Assembly (NCBI GenBank): GCA_030141605.1
Contig: JAQGDQ010001048.1
Span: 3,787 to 67,786, forward strand
Source: Tubiluchus corallicola
Lineage: Eukaryota > Animalia > Priapulida
Reading direction: 5' to 3'
DNA length: 64,000 nt
Below the pieces are notes generated by a model that worked only from the letters and a program-made list of their open reading frames with translations, made no database searches and was not told the DNA's origin. Numbering within the stretch: the first letter of the stretch is position 1; the number at the start of each line of letters is the position of its first letter. Below, one piece after another: positions 52,948 through 64,000 of this stretch. The position numbers and the translations under genes were made by a program.

Positions 52948-53044
52948 ATGTCTCCTGGGCAGGTTGCAGTCTTCACAGTGATGCTGGTGGTTCTACTAGG
53001 AGATACCTTTTCTTACACACTTGACAATGATGAAGATTTGTCAG
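52948..53044 (+). pseudogene. Inverted duplicate of the ALP signal-peptide exon
   Basis: Reverse-complement copy of 45452-45548 with intact splice sites. No plus-strand cystine-knot exon follows within the window. Confidence 0.7.
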
Positions 53045-56000
53045 GTAAATCTTACCTAGTTCATTTTTTCTTGTTCCCAGGCAAGATCCTACTTGTAAAT
53101 CACTCTACAACTAATGCATAATGCTTAAAGACTATTTAAAACGACAGAAGTTACTGAACCGGTGCAGCAGGCGGCTTTGCTTTACCCACACCAATACCCA
53201 TCGGTATTGAGCCTGCAATAGAGGCGTAATAAAGGATTTATCATCATCATTATTTACCCACATGTCACGTGACGATTGTAGTTTAAGACACTTTGCTGTG
53301 TTACACTTAACCTTTCACCTACAGTAACTGCGCATGCGTTATAGCCAAATTGTGAAATCTGCCAATTTTCTTCTTCTCTGATGTTACAAAACAGGTAATG
53401 AAGGGCCCCAGTAAACATTGTTTCAAATACAGTTACAGTTTTGGCTTACAGTTTTTGCACCAATTGATTAATGGACGGACGGACTGATTAACTAACTAAC
53501 CAGTTAAATGACTTTATTTGAATTTTTAAATTTAGCTTTTTTATCTCACATTCAAAACTAAATGACTGAATAACTGACTGACTGACTAACTGTTTGACTG
53601 ACTAGCTGACTCACTGACTAAGTAACTGACCGATTCATCGATTGATTGAAGATTTAGTTACAGTTTGTGCTCTTGTGTTGAATTTAGTACTTCATATGTT
53701 CGTTTATACTGAAATTTCTCGTTAATCAAATATGTTTTTTTGCTGAAACCTTTGAAGCCATGTGCAAGAATTGTAGCTAATGCAATGAAGCCATGCAAAT
53801 GCATTGGCGCTAACACTGTTGTGATGACATAACTCAACTAACTAATTCACTGAGTAGCTGATTTCTTAATTTAGAAAGTCACACTGAGTGACTAATACCA
53901 GATGAGATTGGTATAAATAGTTCCACTTAATTTTATTGAAGTAGAAGATCATGACTCGAATACGAACTACAGTGTAGAAGTTCTTGCGTGTCTTGTGCAG
54001 ATTTCTGGGACTTTTCCTGATTTACTGAACAGTTCTGAGCCATAAATGTGGAAAATCGTTTGGTAAAGTGTCACGATGTGTGTTTACTGACAAAAATTAG
54101 GCAACGCCGAGTTCCGTGACAACTGAGTTGGGTTTCGGTCTTGCCACGTCTATGTTCATTAAGTGAGTCCTGTGTGTTGGATTCCTGCTTGAATAGTACC
54201 ATTTACAGATGACTTTACGTTTAACAAATGATATTAAATATCAGGACGTTAATAATATTATTATTAATTATTAATAAATATTGTTAATAAAGAGCGTTTC
54301 TTATCCTTTAAAGGGAGGCAGGATGATTTTTCGTATACTAATTCATTTTCAAGTTCGATAAAAAGTATACCTTTAACTCAAATAATACTGCAAATGTGTT
54401 TCTCATAATTAAATAATAGTTTAAAAATTTATTAACGGCGGCGAGCCCAACTATTGATAACGTCACAAACTAACATAATTTTCAACATCAAAAATATTCC
54501 ACGAGCATGTTGCACGTGTTTGTGGAAGCGAGAATTGAAGTACAGTGTTACTGTAAGGTATTCAGTGCTGTACTAAAACTAGGCAAGTTTTAAGATAAAA
54601 ATTCAAATTTCAAATTTACTGCTGTGTTCACGCATGAGCTGTCGAATGTATGTAGTTCGTCACAAACTAACATATCTGAACTGAGAGGTGCAATTTTGTG
54701 CAATTTGTTTCCGAAATGCACGCGCTAGTGCCCGTCTAACTAACGAATGGCGAAACATGTAACAGTGAAGAACTAGTGGCGCGAACGTGAAATTATGTTT
54801 GTGTGGTAATAATTCTTTCATGGAAGTCATTTTTGAATAAATGGCATGTTTAATTTCAATATGTTAAAGTGCATATTTGGTAACCGGGGGGGGGGGGTAA
54901 AATATTACCCCCACCATAATTCGTAAATCACTTTTGTTAAACGTGTTTCATTAGTAAACAGCAACAGCATAATTTGTGGTTATGCTGACCACCATTGTTA
55001 TTGTCATTGTTATTTTGAATTTATTGTCTACTACTTTTTCTTTTAGATGGAGTAATTAATGTACAGACATTAATAATGTATAATGTATAATGTATAATGT
55101 ATAATGTATAATGTATAGACAAGCGAAGTTTCGACTATGTTAAAAAATCGACATATTGCATTTTTACTTTTATTTCGTGGTGAGACAATGCGCCTAAAAT
55201 AAATAAATAAATAAATAAGTATTTTGTGCACAAAACATATTTAGAAAAGTCATATAAAAGGTTTACTGGGATGCGTATGGTAAAAGGTAAAATGCAAAAA
55301 ACCGGTCTGGGGGTAGTATTTTTGTCAGAATACTGCAAAACTTAAACTAGACATATAAAGTAGAAACGCGCAGTTTTATAGCTCTTTCGGTTCCTTTTAA
55401 GAGAGAAGTATACCGGGTTCAATACCCAGGCTCCTGGTGTTCCTATAAACACACTCCTGTAAATTTGATGGACTGCTAATTACAGAAATGACCGATTGTT
55501 GGTTCCAGGAGTCCTAAAACAGGAAGACATTAAAGCCATTAAAGTATTTTTTTCTAATTTTGTTCAAAGGAGGTACTGTATTGATCAACTTAATTGAAAA
55601 GGGGGTGAATTTTTTGAAGTTCCAGAGAGGTGGTAAATGGGCAACGTAATTTCAAGACTTTTTCTCTCTGTGGGTTGTTTAATAAACATTACAAACGCAC
55701 TCTCCATACTGCAGTGCTCGTTGCAAATTGCACAAATTATTAATTATATAAGCATCAGTGATAGTTCCGCACTTCTATTAGTATTCTTGCCCACTCGTTA
55801 ATTATCCAGTGTGGATGAAGCAGCACCTTGTAGGGAAAATGATCAAAAGAAAGTTACTATTGATAAAACTGCATGTGGATTACGGGATGCTGCAAGGATC
55901 TATCTTTGGTCCTACATTGTTAATACCATCACCGTTATTCATGCATCCTACGCGTGTTATTACTATAGCAACTGTGGGACAATATGAGACTCCAAACTGA

Positions 56001-56901
56001 ACGGTGTCTCAAAATAGGGATTACGGGATGCTGCAAGGATCTATCTTTGGTCCTACATTGTTAATACCATCACCGTTATTCATGCATCCTACGCGTGTTA
56101 TTACTATAGCAACTGTGGGACAATATGAGACTCCAAACTGAACGGTGTCTCAAAATAGGGATTACGGGATGCTGCAAGGATCTTTCTTCGGTCCTACATT
56201 GTTAATACCATCACCCTTATTCATGCATCCTACGCGTGTTATTACTATGGCAACTGTGGGACAATATGAGACTCCAAACTGAACTGTGTCTCAAAATAGG
56301 GCCTTGACAGGCGACTTTGATATTGATCTGAGCTACTGCAGGAGGTTCGTAAGTGGTTTGGAAGCTATGTAAAACAAAAGATCAACTTTCATTAACCTTT
56401 TAATTTCCTGAGCTAGATTAGTTGTAGTTAAGAGTTATAACCTTCACCCTGCGTCTTGTGATGAGTCATTTAGTTCTCAGGAGGAGGTCATTTCCTTTTA
56501 ATTAGAGTTGAAGATGTGGAGGGAGAAAGAATTTAGATGTTGTTAGAAATGCAGCTCGATGTGTAGAATACAGTGAGGAATGGGGTGAGGGAAAGAGAGA
56601 CAACACGACAGGGGAGAAGGAGAAAAAGGGAGAGAAGGGATTTTATTTTATTTATTTATTTAAAATCTTTATTAATAAGACCTCTATTTGCAGGTACAAG
56701 ATCAGCATAAGTATAAATTTTACAAATTTTCTAATAAAATAATAAAATAAGGTGATTCTAGACACAGTGTAAATTACTAATTAAAATTACAAAGATAGAG
56801 GAAGAATGAAAAAGGGAAAGAAATGAGAACAGATCGAGACAGTGTGCAGCGGGAGAGAAGAGACAGGGGAGAGGGAGGAAGAGAAAGAAAGAACGAGAAA
56901 T

Positions 56902-56939
<38 letters not shown>

Positions 56940-56960
56940 CTAGGGAGAGAGAGAGGGCCC

Positions 56961-57019
<59 letters not shown>

Positions 57020-59279
57020 AGACAGGGGTTATGGCGGGAGAGTGAGAGAAAGAGAGAGACTGTGAGAGACAGAGTGAGAGAGAGAAATATATCAGCTTCG
57101 ATATCTTGAAAATTCTAATTATCGTTATTGGTTCGGTAACTTCGATTTTTTGCATGGTTCGATGACAACTCACACTGATCAAACAGAAACATTATATGGG
57201 GTGGCAGTAACGCTAATGGAAAATTCGCCCATTTTTCTGGATAAAGTTGTTTTGCGTCTGTTTTATTACTTCACTACAGTCACCATGTGGGTCATTCAAT
57301 GCAGCTACTACATTAACATCTTCATTCAGAAATATAATTATGTATATTGGACTGCTGTCCGCTTTAACGGAGGCAGGACGGATGGCACCGCAGCCCACAC
57401 CGTGCGGCATGTCCCAATTAAGTCCTTCAACACCAAACCCAAAACAAAACCCGAACAATAGAGTCGAAATGACAATTTTATTCTACATATCACACCCCCA
57501 ATAAGGAACAAACAGCTTACCTAGAAGAACGGCGTTTGCGGCAAAGCCTGTGAAATGTGAACACAGCTGCAATGAAAGACACGACTACTGACAAGGATCT
57601 ACAGCAGACTTTCCCTTTTTATAAGCTCAGGTGTGCACGTGACTAGTGGCTTTTACAAGGTCAGAATACGTGTCTGTGCTAGATAAAGCCACGTTCACAC
57701 GCACACCTGAGAAGTCTACTGCATTCCCCTGCCAGCATTACATTTCATTTTGCCACACAGCCCTGTAGTACAATATCTATAAAATAGGTATCACAAAAAA
57801 AACGTTGAAGCTAAAGAAAAATCGGTAGATGACTGTATATTGATCTAACCAATATCTGTGCTAAATGTTGTGTTGACAATGGCAACCATTTTTTCTTCGA
57901 CCTATAACTGACGTTGACAGTAATTCTGAAAACTAACCAGTTTTTCTGCACTTCTTATGAAAATTTTAATAGAAATTACCAGTGAAAGGTGTTTCTTTGC
58001 AAACAGATTAAGTCTGGCAGACTTTGCTACAATTTCGACTAAGCAGCTCTTTAAAATGGCGTTTTTACCCAGGATTTTATATAGCAGATCAACGTCATCG
58101 GCATAAAGTAAACAATTTCAGGAAGCATAAACGCCTGACGTCAACAACGACGTCATTAAATTATTTTAATCCTGATTCGTTGACAGGAATGATGGGTGGG
58201 GCTTAACTTTTCTTTGCCCAAGTCTTTGCATTATGATTCATTAAAGAGAAATCAGGGTTACACATAAAATTACAATAATCTTTGCCAAATAAACGATTGT
58301 TTTTAACCCTCAGAATGTCATTAATAAGCAATATATTTGGCTAAGGCTTTAGTTTAATCTTAACATAACATTCTAAATCATTCTTTATATAAATCCCGGC
58401 GACGAGTGCTAGTTTGCAGCTGAAACGTTGCATTTTCCTGATAAGAATTTATCAAAATTGAAATGTAATGAAATATTTTTGAAACAGATATTGTTCTTTT
58501 TATGAAGAATTAAAAAAAATTATCGCGTGGTTGCTATGGAAACATAAAATATCACACATCGGCTTGGTAGAATCTAGAATTTAGAATTATTAACATTGTA
58601 ACTAGTTTTCATTTTTCTCGGCTTACTCGTGATAATTTTATAAGTTGCGGTCCCGCCGCACCGTTTACGTTAAGGCTGTCTAACTGTTGCGTGATGGACA
58701 CAAACACTGGATGGCGGTGAATAAAAAAAATTAAGTACAAAATTAAAAGGAAAGGTCAAGTCATTCAGTCAGCATGATGGGTCTATTTACCGTTATCATT
58801 TAAACTTAAAAAATGTAACAATGAAATTTACAAAAAAATAATGTTAATTTACACTATCTCTATATAGACGTTTTCAGGCGTGGTGGTAGCTGCCATTTAC
58901 TTGAAGATTATGACGTTACTGGTGAGCATATTGACTGTTCATAAGTGTAAAGATGAAAAATTCTGTAGCTTACGTAATGTTCATGCGAAATATCACAAAA
59001 TTAGCTATCTATTTTTTTGTGAAAACTTGTTTTATTTTTGAAGGAAATTGACAGTGAGCTCTGCTTTTGTTCAGTCGATGAATGACGTCATTGGTGGAAG
59101 AATTAGCGTTCAAAATGGGACAGCATAAGCGTGAAATGATCGCGAATTTAAAGTGATTTTTCTATTTGCACTACTAGATGCAATTATCACACTTTTATTA
59201 CTAAATCCTTCTAACATTTTTCACCAAGTTGAAAAAGTCCAACTTTTCAAATGACTTGGTCTTTCCTTTAACTACCAAG

Positions 59280-59802
59280 TTGGTTGGTTGGCATCCTTCT
59301 GTCTCGGAAGACAATGGAGTGTGCGCCAAGAGAGTAAGTTATTGATCACAGTGATGGAGCTGCAGCGTCGACTGTGGCTGAGCAGTGCGATCCTTGAACG
59401 TCTCCAGGGCGCACGCCTGGGCAAGGTGTATGGAGATCCTGAGTTGCCCAGACAACAGGAACCCCCTCTCTTCCTTCCTGGTGTAGTCCAAAGGAAAGTG
59501 GAGCGATACGTTGGCTGCAGGAGCTGCCAGAGTCAGTGAGCAACTCGGGGCTCGACTCCTGATTTGGAAGGTTTCCTCTTCTACACATGGCCGTTGGGTC
59601 ACTTGACCTCCTCCGCCCTCTAGCCGTTGGCTGCTTGTGCAGCTCCTCCGCCTAGTGTCGAAATACAGTGTGGGCATCCCGCAAGCCTACAGCACCTGGT
59701 ATTCCTGGGCGGTCACCCATCCAAGTACTAACCAAGCTCTACGTTGCTTAACTTCGGTGATCAGACGAGAACCGGTGTTTTTAACGTGATTTGGCCGTAG
59801 TC
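59280..59802 (-). mobile_element. Second copy of the 5S-derived SINE (in the inverted arm); 5S part 59683-59802
   Basis: Mirror of 38511-39016. Has a perfect CTTGGTAG target-site duplication (59272-59279 and 59804-59811) and 17 nt that the left copy lacks. Confidence 0.8.
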
Positions 59803-60436
59803 TCTACCAAGCAACTAAAAAAACAAACGAACATTTCAATCAAATTTCAAAATATTCCAGGTTTAATGATTTCTTTGAACCAACAATAACCGAGTAATAA
59901 CATCAGAACTGAAACTGATCCATCCTTACCGGGAACTTTCCCGCGGGATTTCAGAACAATCAATCAGAGACTTGTCAAGTTCTGATTGAATTTATTTGCG
60001 CTGGAGTTGGGAAGACTTTCAGGGGCAGGTTGCTAAATGGTTTAACTGACGTGGAATCAATACTGAAAAGTTCAATCTTTTGTGGAGAGTTTCTTACAGG
60101 AATTATCTGTTTAACGATTACTCTGAGTGGGATGAACTGGTGCCTCATATTTATCCAAGTAATTTATGGCAACACGAGTTCGTTTCTGAGGATTAGATTT
60201 CATGTTGATTCGTATACTAGAGTCATGAATGCATCAGTGATGATAACAAAACCTGCAGCAGTAGCAACGCTTACAAACGACAACAGCAGCAACAACAACA
60301 ACAACAGCAGCAGTAGCAGCAGCAACATGAGTTCCTTTCTGAAGATTAGATTTCATGTTGATTCGTATACTAGAGTCATGAATGCATCAGTGATGACAAC
60401 AAAACCTGCAGCAGTAGCAACGCTTACAAACGACAA

Positions 60437-60489
<53 letters not shown>

Positions 60490-61207
60490 ACATGAGTTCC
60501 ATTCTGAGGATTAGATTTCGTGTTGGTTCGTATACTAGAGTCATGAATGCATCAGTGATGACAACAAAACCTGCAGCAGTAGCAACGCTTACAAACGACA
60601 ACAGCAGCAACAACAACAACAACAGCAGCAGCAGCAACATGAGTTCCTTTCTGAAGATTAGATTTCATGTTGATTCGTATACTAGAGTCATGAATGCATC
60701 AGTGATGACAACAAAACCTGCAGCAGTAGCAACGCTTACAAACGACAACAGCAGCAACAACAACAACAGCAGCAGCAGCAGCAGCAGCAGCAACATGAGT
60801 TCCTTTCTGAAGATTAGATTTCATGTTGATTCGTATACTAGAGTCATGAATGCATCAGTGATGACAACAAAACCTGCAGCAGTAGCAACGCTTACAAACG
60901 ACAACAGCAGCAGCAGCAGCAACAACAACAACAACAACAGCAGCAAGCAACAGCAACAACAGCAACACGAGTTCCTTTCTGAGGATTAGATTTCATGTTG
61001 ATTCATGAACTAGGGTCAGCTGGAAGTAAATGACTGCATCAGTGATGACAACAAAACCTGCAGCAATTGCAACAACAACAACAACAGCAACCGCAACAGC
61101 AGCAGCAATAGGCAACGCTTACAGACGACAACAGCAGCAGTTGCAACAGCAACAACAACAACAACAACAACAGCAGCAAGCAGCAGCAGCAAGTAGCAGC
61201 AGCAGCA

Positions 61208-61280
<73 letters not shown>

Positions 61281-62159
61281 ACAACAACAACAACAACTTC
61301 AACCGCAACAGCAGCAGCAGTAGCACCACCACCACCAACACCAGCACCACCATCATCACCACCACTACCAACACCACAACCACCACCACCAGGACTACCA
61401 CTACCGCCACCGCCGCCGCCGATGACAACAACAACAACTTCAACCGCAACAGCAGCAGCAGTAGCACCACCACCACCACCACCAACACCACCACCACCGC
61501 CACCAGGACTACCACTACCGCCACCTCCAATGACAACAACAACAATAACAGTGGCAACAACAACAACGACGACAGCAACAGCGCTAACGACGACGACGAT
61601 GGCCAGCATTGGATTAGAGCTCGCAGAAACATTCAGAAAAACAATTCTCTGTCTTTATTTGGCGATGTTAGCTGAAGTTTGCAGGATATTGAACTGTTTT
61701 CATTTTCAAGTCTTTTGTCACTCTGGCGACTAGACAATCAAATTGCATTTTGAAACTGACTCCTTTCCTCAACTGGCTTCTTTGTGAAGAGCTGAGATTT
61801 TGTAGTTGTTAGTCATTGAAACCAATGTGCTATTGAGTTATTGATTTTTTGAGTGTTGCAGTCAGTGACGGAAGTGACTGTGTGTTATTGCTTCTGTCGC
61901 CGTCGCTGTTACTGTGCCAGCCGCTGTCATTGACGCAGTTGCTTTTATTTTTGTTGTCTTGGCGCTGTAGTTGTCGTTGTTGCTGTTATTGTGCGTGCCT
62001 TTTTGTTATTGTTTTTCTTGCTGTAAGTTTTCACAAATGCAGTTCATTGTTGTCGTTGCTGCTTCTGCTACAGTTGTTCTCGCTGTTTCGTGCATCTTAA
62101 TGAGTTTATACTGCAGATTTTTGTAACAGGTGCTTCTGACACGAATTTTTCTTTTTCAG

Positions 62160-62214
62160 ATGTTCTTTACGACGAAGACACGGCGCTTCAGGCCTTTTTA
62201 CATAATACGCCAAA
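62160..62214 (+). pseudogene. Inverted duplicate of the ALP propeptide exon
   Basis: Reverse-complement copy of 36282-36336 with intact AG/GT and one synonymous change (TAT to TAC, Tyr). Confidence 0.7.
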
Positions 62215-62486
62215 GTAAGTGTGACTGATTTATACGTTTTTTTGTTCTTAATGACAACATTAGTGATCATGATGATGATGGCGACGATAACGTGGTTCAT
62301 GATAACAACTATATATATATGTTGTTATATATATATATATATATAAATGTATAATCCCCATCGTCATCATCATCATCACCACCACCACCACCACCACCAC
62401 CATCATCATCATCATCGTCGCCGTCGTCATCGTCATCCGCTTCATCATCATCATTGTCATCGTCATTGTCATCGTCACCGCCATCG

Positions 62487-62547
<61 letters not shown>

Positions 62548-62737
62548 CATCATAGTCGTCGTCGTCATCGTCGTCACTGTCTTCGTCATTGTCATCGTCA
62601 CCGTCATCACCATCACCATCACCATCATCATCACCATCATAGTCGTCGTCGTCGTCGTCGTCGTCATCAACAACATCGTCGTCATCGTCACTGTCTTCGT
62701 CATTGTCATCATCGTCATCATTATCACCTTCATCACC

Positions 62738-62820
<83 letters not shown>

Positions 62821-62829
<9 letters not shown>

Positions 62830-63722
62830 AATCAAAAATCTTTATTTTATACATAATAAGAAGATGAAAGACATAATGTCATAAAGTTTTTTTGATGAAA
62901 TCTTCATTGTTTTATAGTAGATGGCGCGTCAATCACTGCTTGTCACAAACCTGCAGGTTTACCTATTGGTTTTTGCGCTGATTGTTGAAATGCGCTGCAG
63001 AGTTTTCACAAAATCTTGCTTCTGCTTTAGCGTGGGAGGCTGCAGAGTAAACACTTTTTCAACAAAAAAATTGTGACTGTAAATTGTCCGCAAGGGTTTT
63101 ACGAAATGCGAGTATTAACACACTAGAGAGCTTTCCGAATTTCTGATTTACTCATAAAAACTTTCTGATGTTCGAATTTACGTGTTTATTATTGCCATAA
63201 GGCTGCCGACTTGGCAAAATTCCAAGCGATCCTGCTTATACCTCTGAAAAGTGCGTCTCTGACGTTAAATTGTAGTAATTTTCTGACTATTTTTCTTCGT
63301 CTCTGGCAGATGAGATCTATCACCGACCGTAAGTGAAATGGAAAAAATATGAGCTAAAGAAAAGAAGCGAGGAACTATAATATAGCTCCTCGGGTGAAAG
63401 GGAAAAGCTAAAATTGTGCAAATGCCGCGACTTTATGCAGTGATTATTGAACTTAGAACCTAATATGAATTTTCAGAATTGGCCCCCTAGTGGTAAAAAT
63501 ATGAATTATCTTTTGTGTGCACAGTTGATTTTGCTTCACTGCATCGCTACTGGTACGTAAACAAAAACTGATTCATGATTTGATTCTATTTTCTATGAAA
63601 TTGCAACGAAATTATAAAATCTCATTATTGTTGACAGGTAAGTTGGATCATAAATACGATAATAAGCTTACTTACTCAGATACAGCATACAAATCACTAT
63701 ACCTTGCAGGCAACACGATGAT

Positions 63723-63811
<89 letters not shown>

Positions 63812-64000
63812 GGTGATGAAGGTGATAATGATGACGATGATGACAATGACGAAGACAGTGACGATGACGACGATGTTGTTGATGACGACGACGACGACGA
63901 CGACGACTATGATGGTGATGATGATGGTGATGGTGATGGTGATGACGGTGACGATGACAATGACGAAGACAGTGACGACGATGACGACGACGACTATGAT
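62821..64000 (+). repeat. Direct copy of 34773-~35950 (segment A plus the start of a third copy of B)
   Basis: CATCATAATCAAAAATCTTTATTTTATAC... through the GAT tract matches 34773 onward with about four visible differences in ~900 bp; runs off the window end. Confidence 0.95.

Larger units (their letters stand above)
51944..62822 (-). repeat. Right arm (inverted segment B) of the ~11-kb inverted repeat
   Basis: Starts in a (TGTTA)n array and ends in a (CAT)n run. Near-identical to the reverse complement of 35670-46460, with scattered SNPs, indels and repeat copy-number changes. Confidence 0.95.

Noticed and set aside
60030-60989. 319-aa repetitive ORF (mirror 37648-38295, 215 aa)
   Set aside because: Built from the ~150-bp compound tandem repeat; non-ATG start and no recognisable domain.

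Overview
AT-rich, repeat-dense animal (invertebrate, probably arthropod-like) genomic DNA with spliceosomal introns. Two intron-containing genes lie on the minus strand. (1) A FEZ1/FEZ2/UNC-76 kinesin-adaptor gene: five coding exons between 23018 and 5378 splice in frame to 308 aa; its 3' end was not found and probably lies left of the window. (2) A 118-aa agatoxin-like peptide (ALP, cystine-knot) precursor rebuilt from three exons (45548-45452, 36336-36282, 31606-31402), with signal peptide, acidic propeptide, KRR site, an unusual Tyr/Arg/Lys-rich extension, an 8-Cys knot and a C-terminal W-GK amidation signal. The right half is dominated by a complex rearrangement inside the ALP gene. An ~11-kb segment (~35670-46460) recurs inverted at ~51944-62822 around a satellite-filled spacer, then the sequence switches back to a direct copy of 34773 onward. 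This is an A-B-C-B(inv)-A-B layout matching a DUP-TRP/INV-DUP inverted triplication, with both junctions in oppositely oriented microsatellites. Also present: a 5S-rRNA-headed SINE with an RTE-derived tail, tRNA-derived SINEs, hAT, Tc1/mariner and other MITEs, LINE remnants, and 24-, 35-, 60-, 68-, 80- and 140-bp tandem arrays. Most long ORFs in the track are repeat artefacts.
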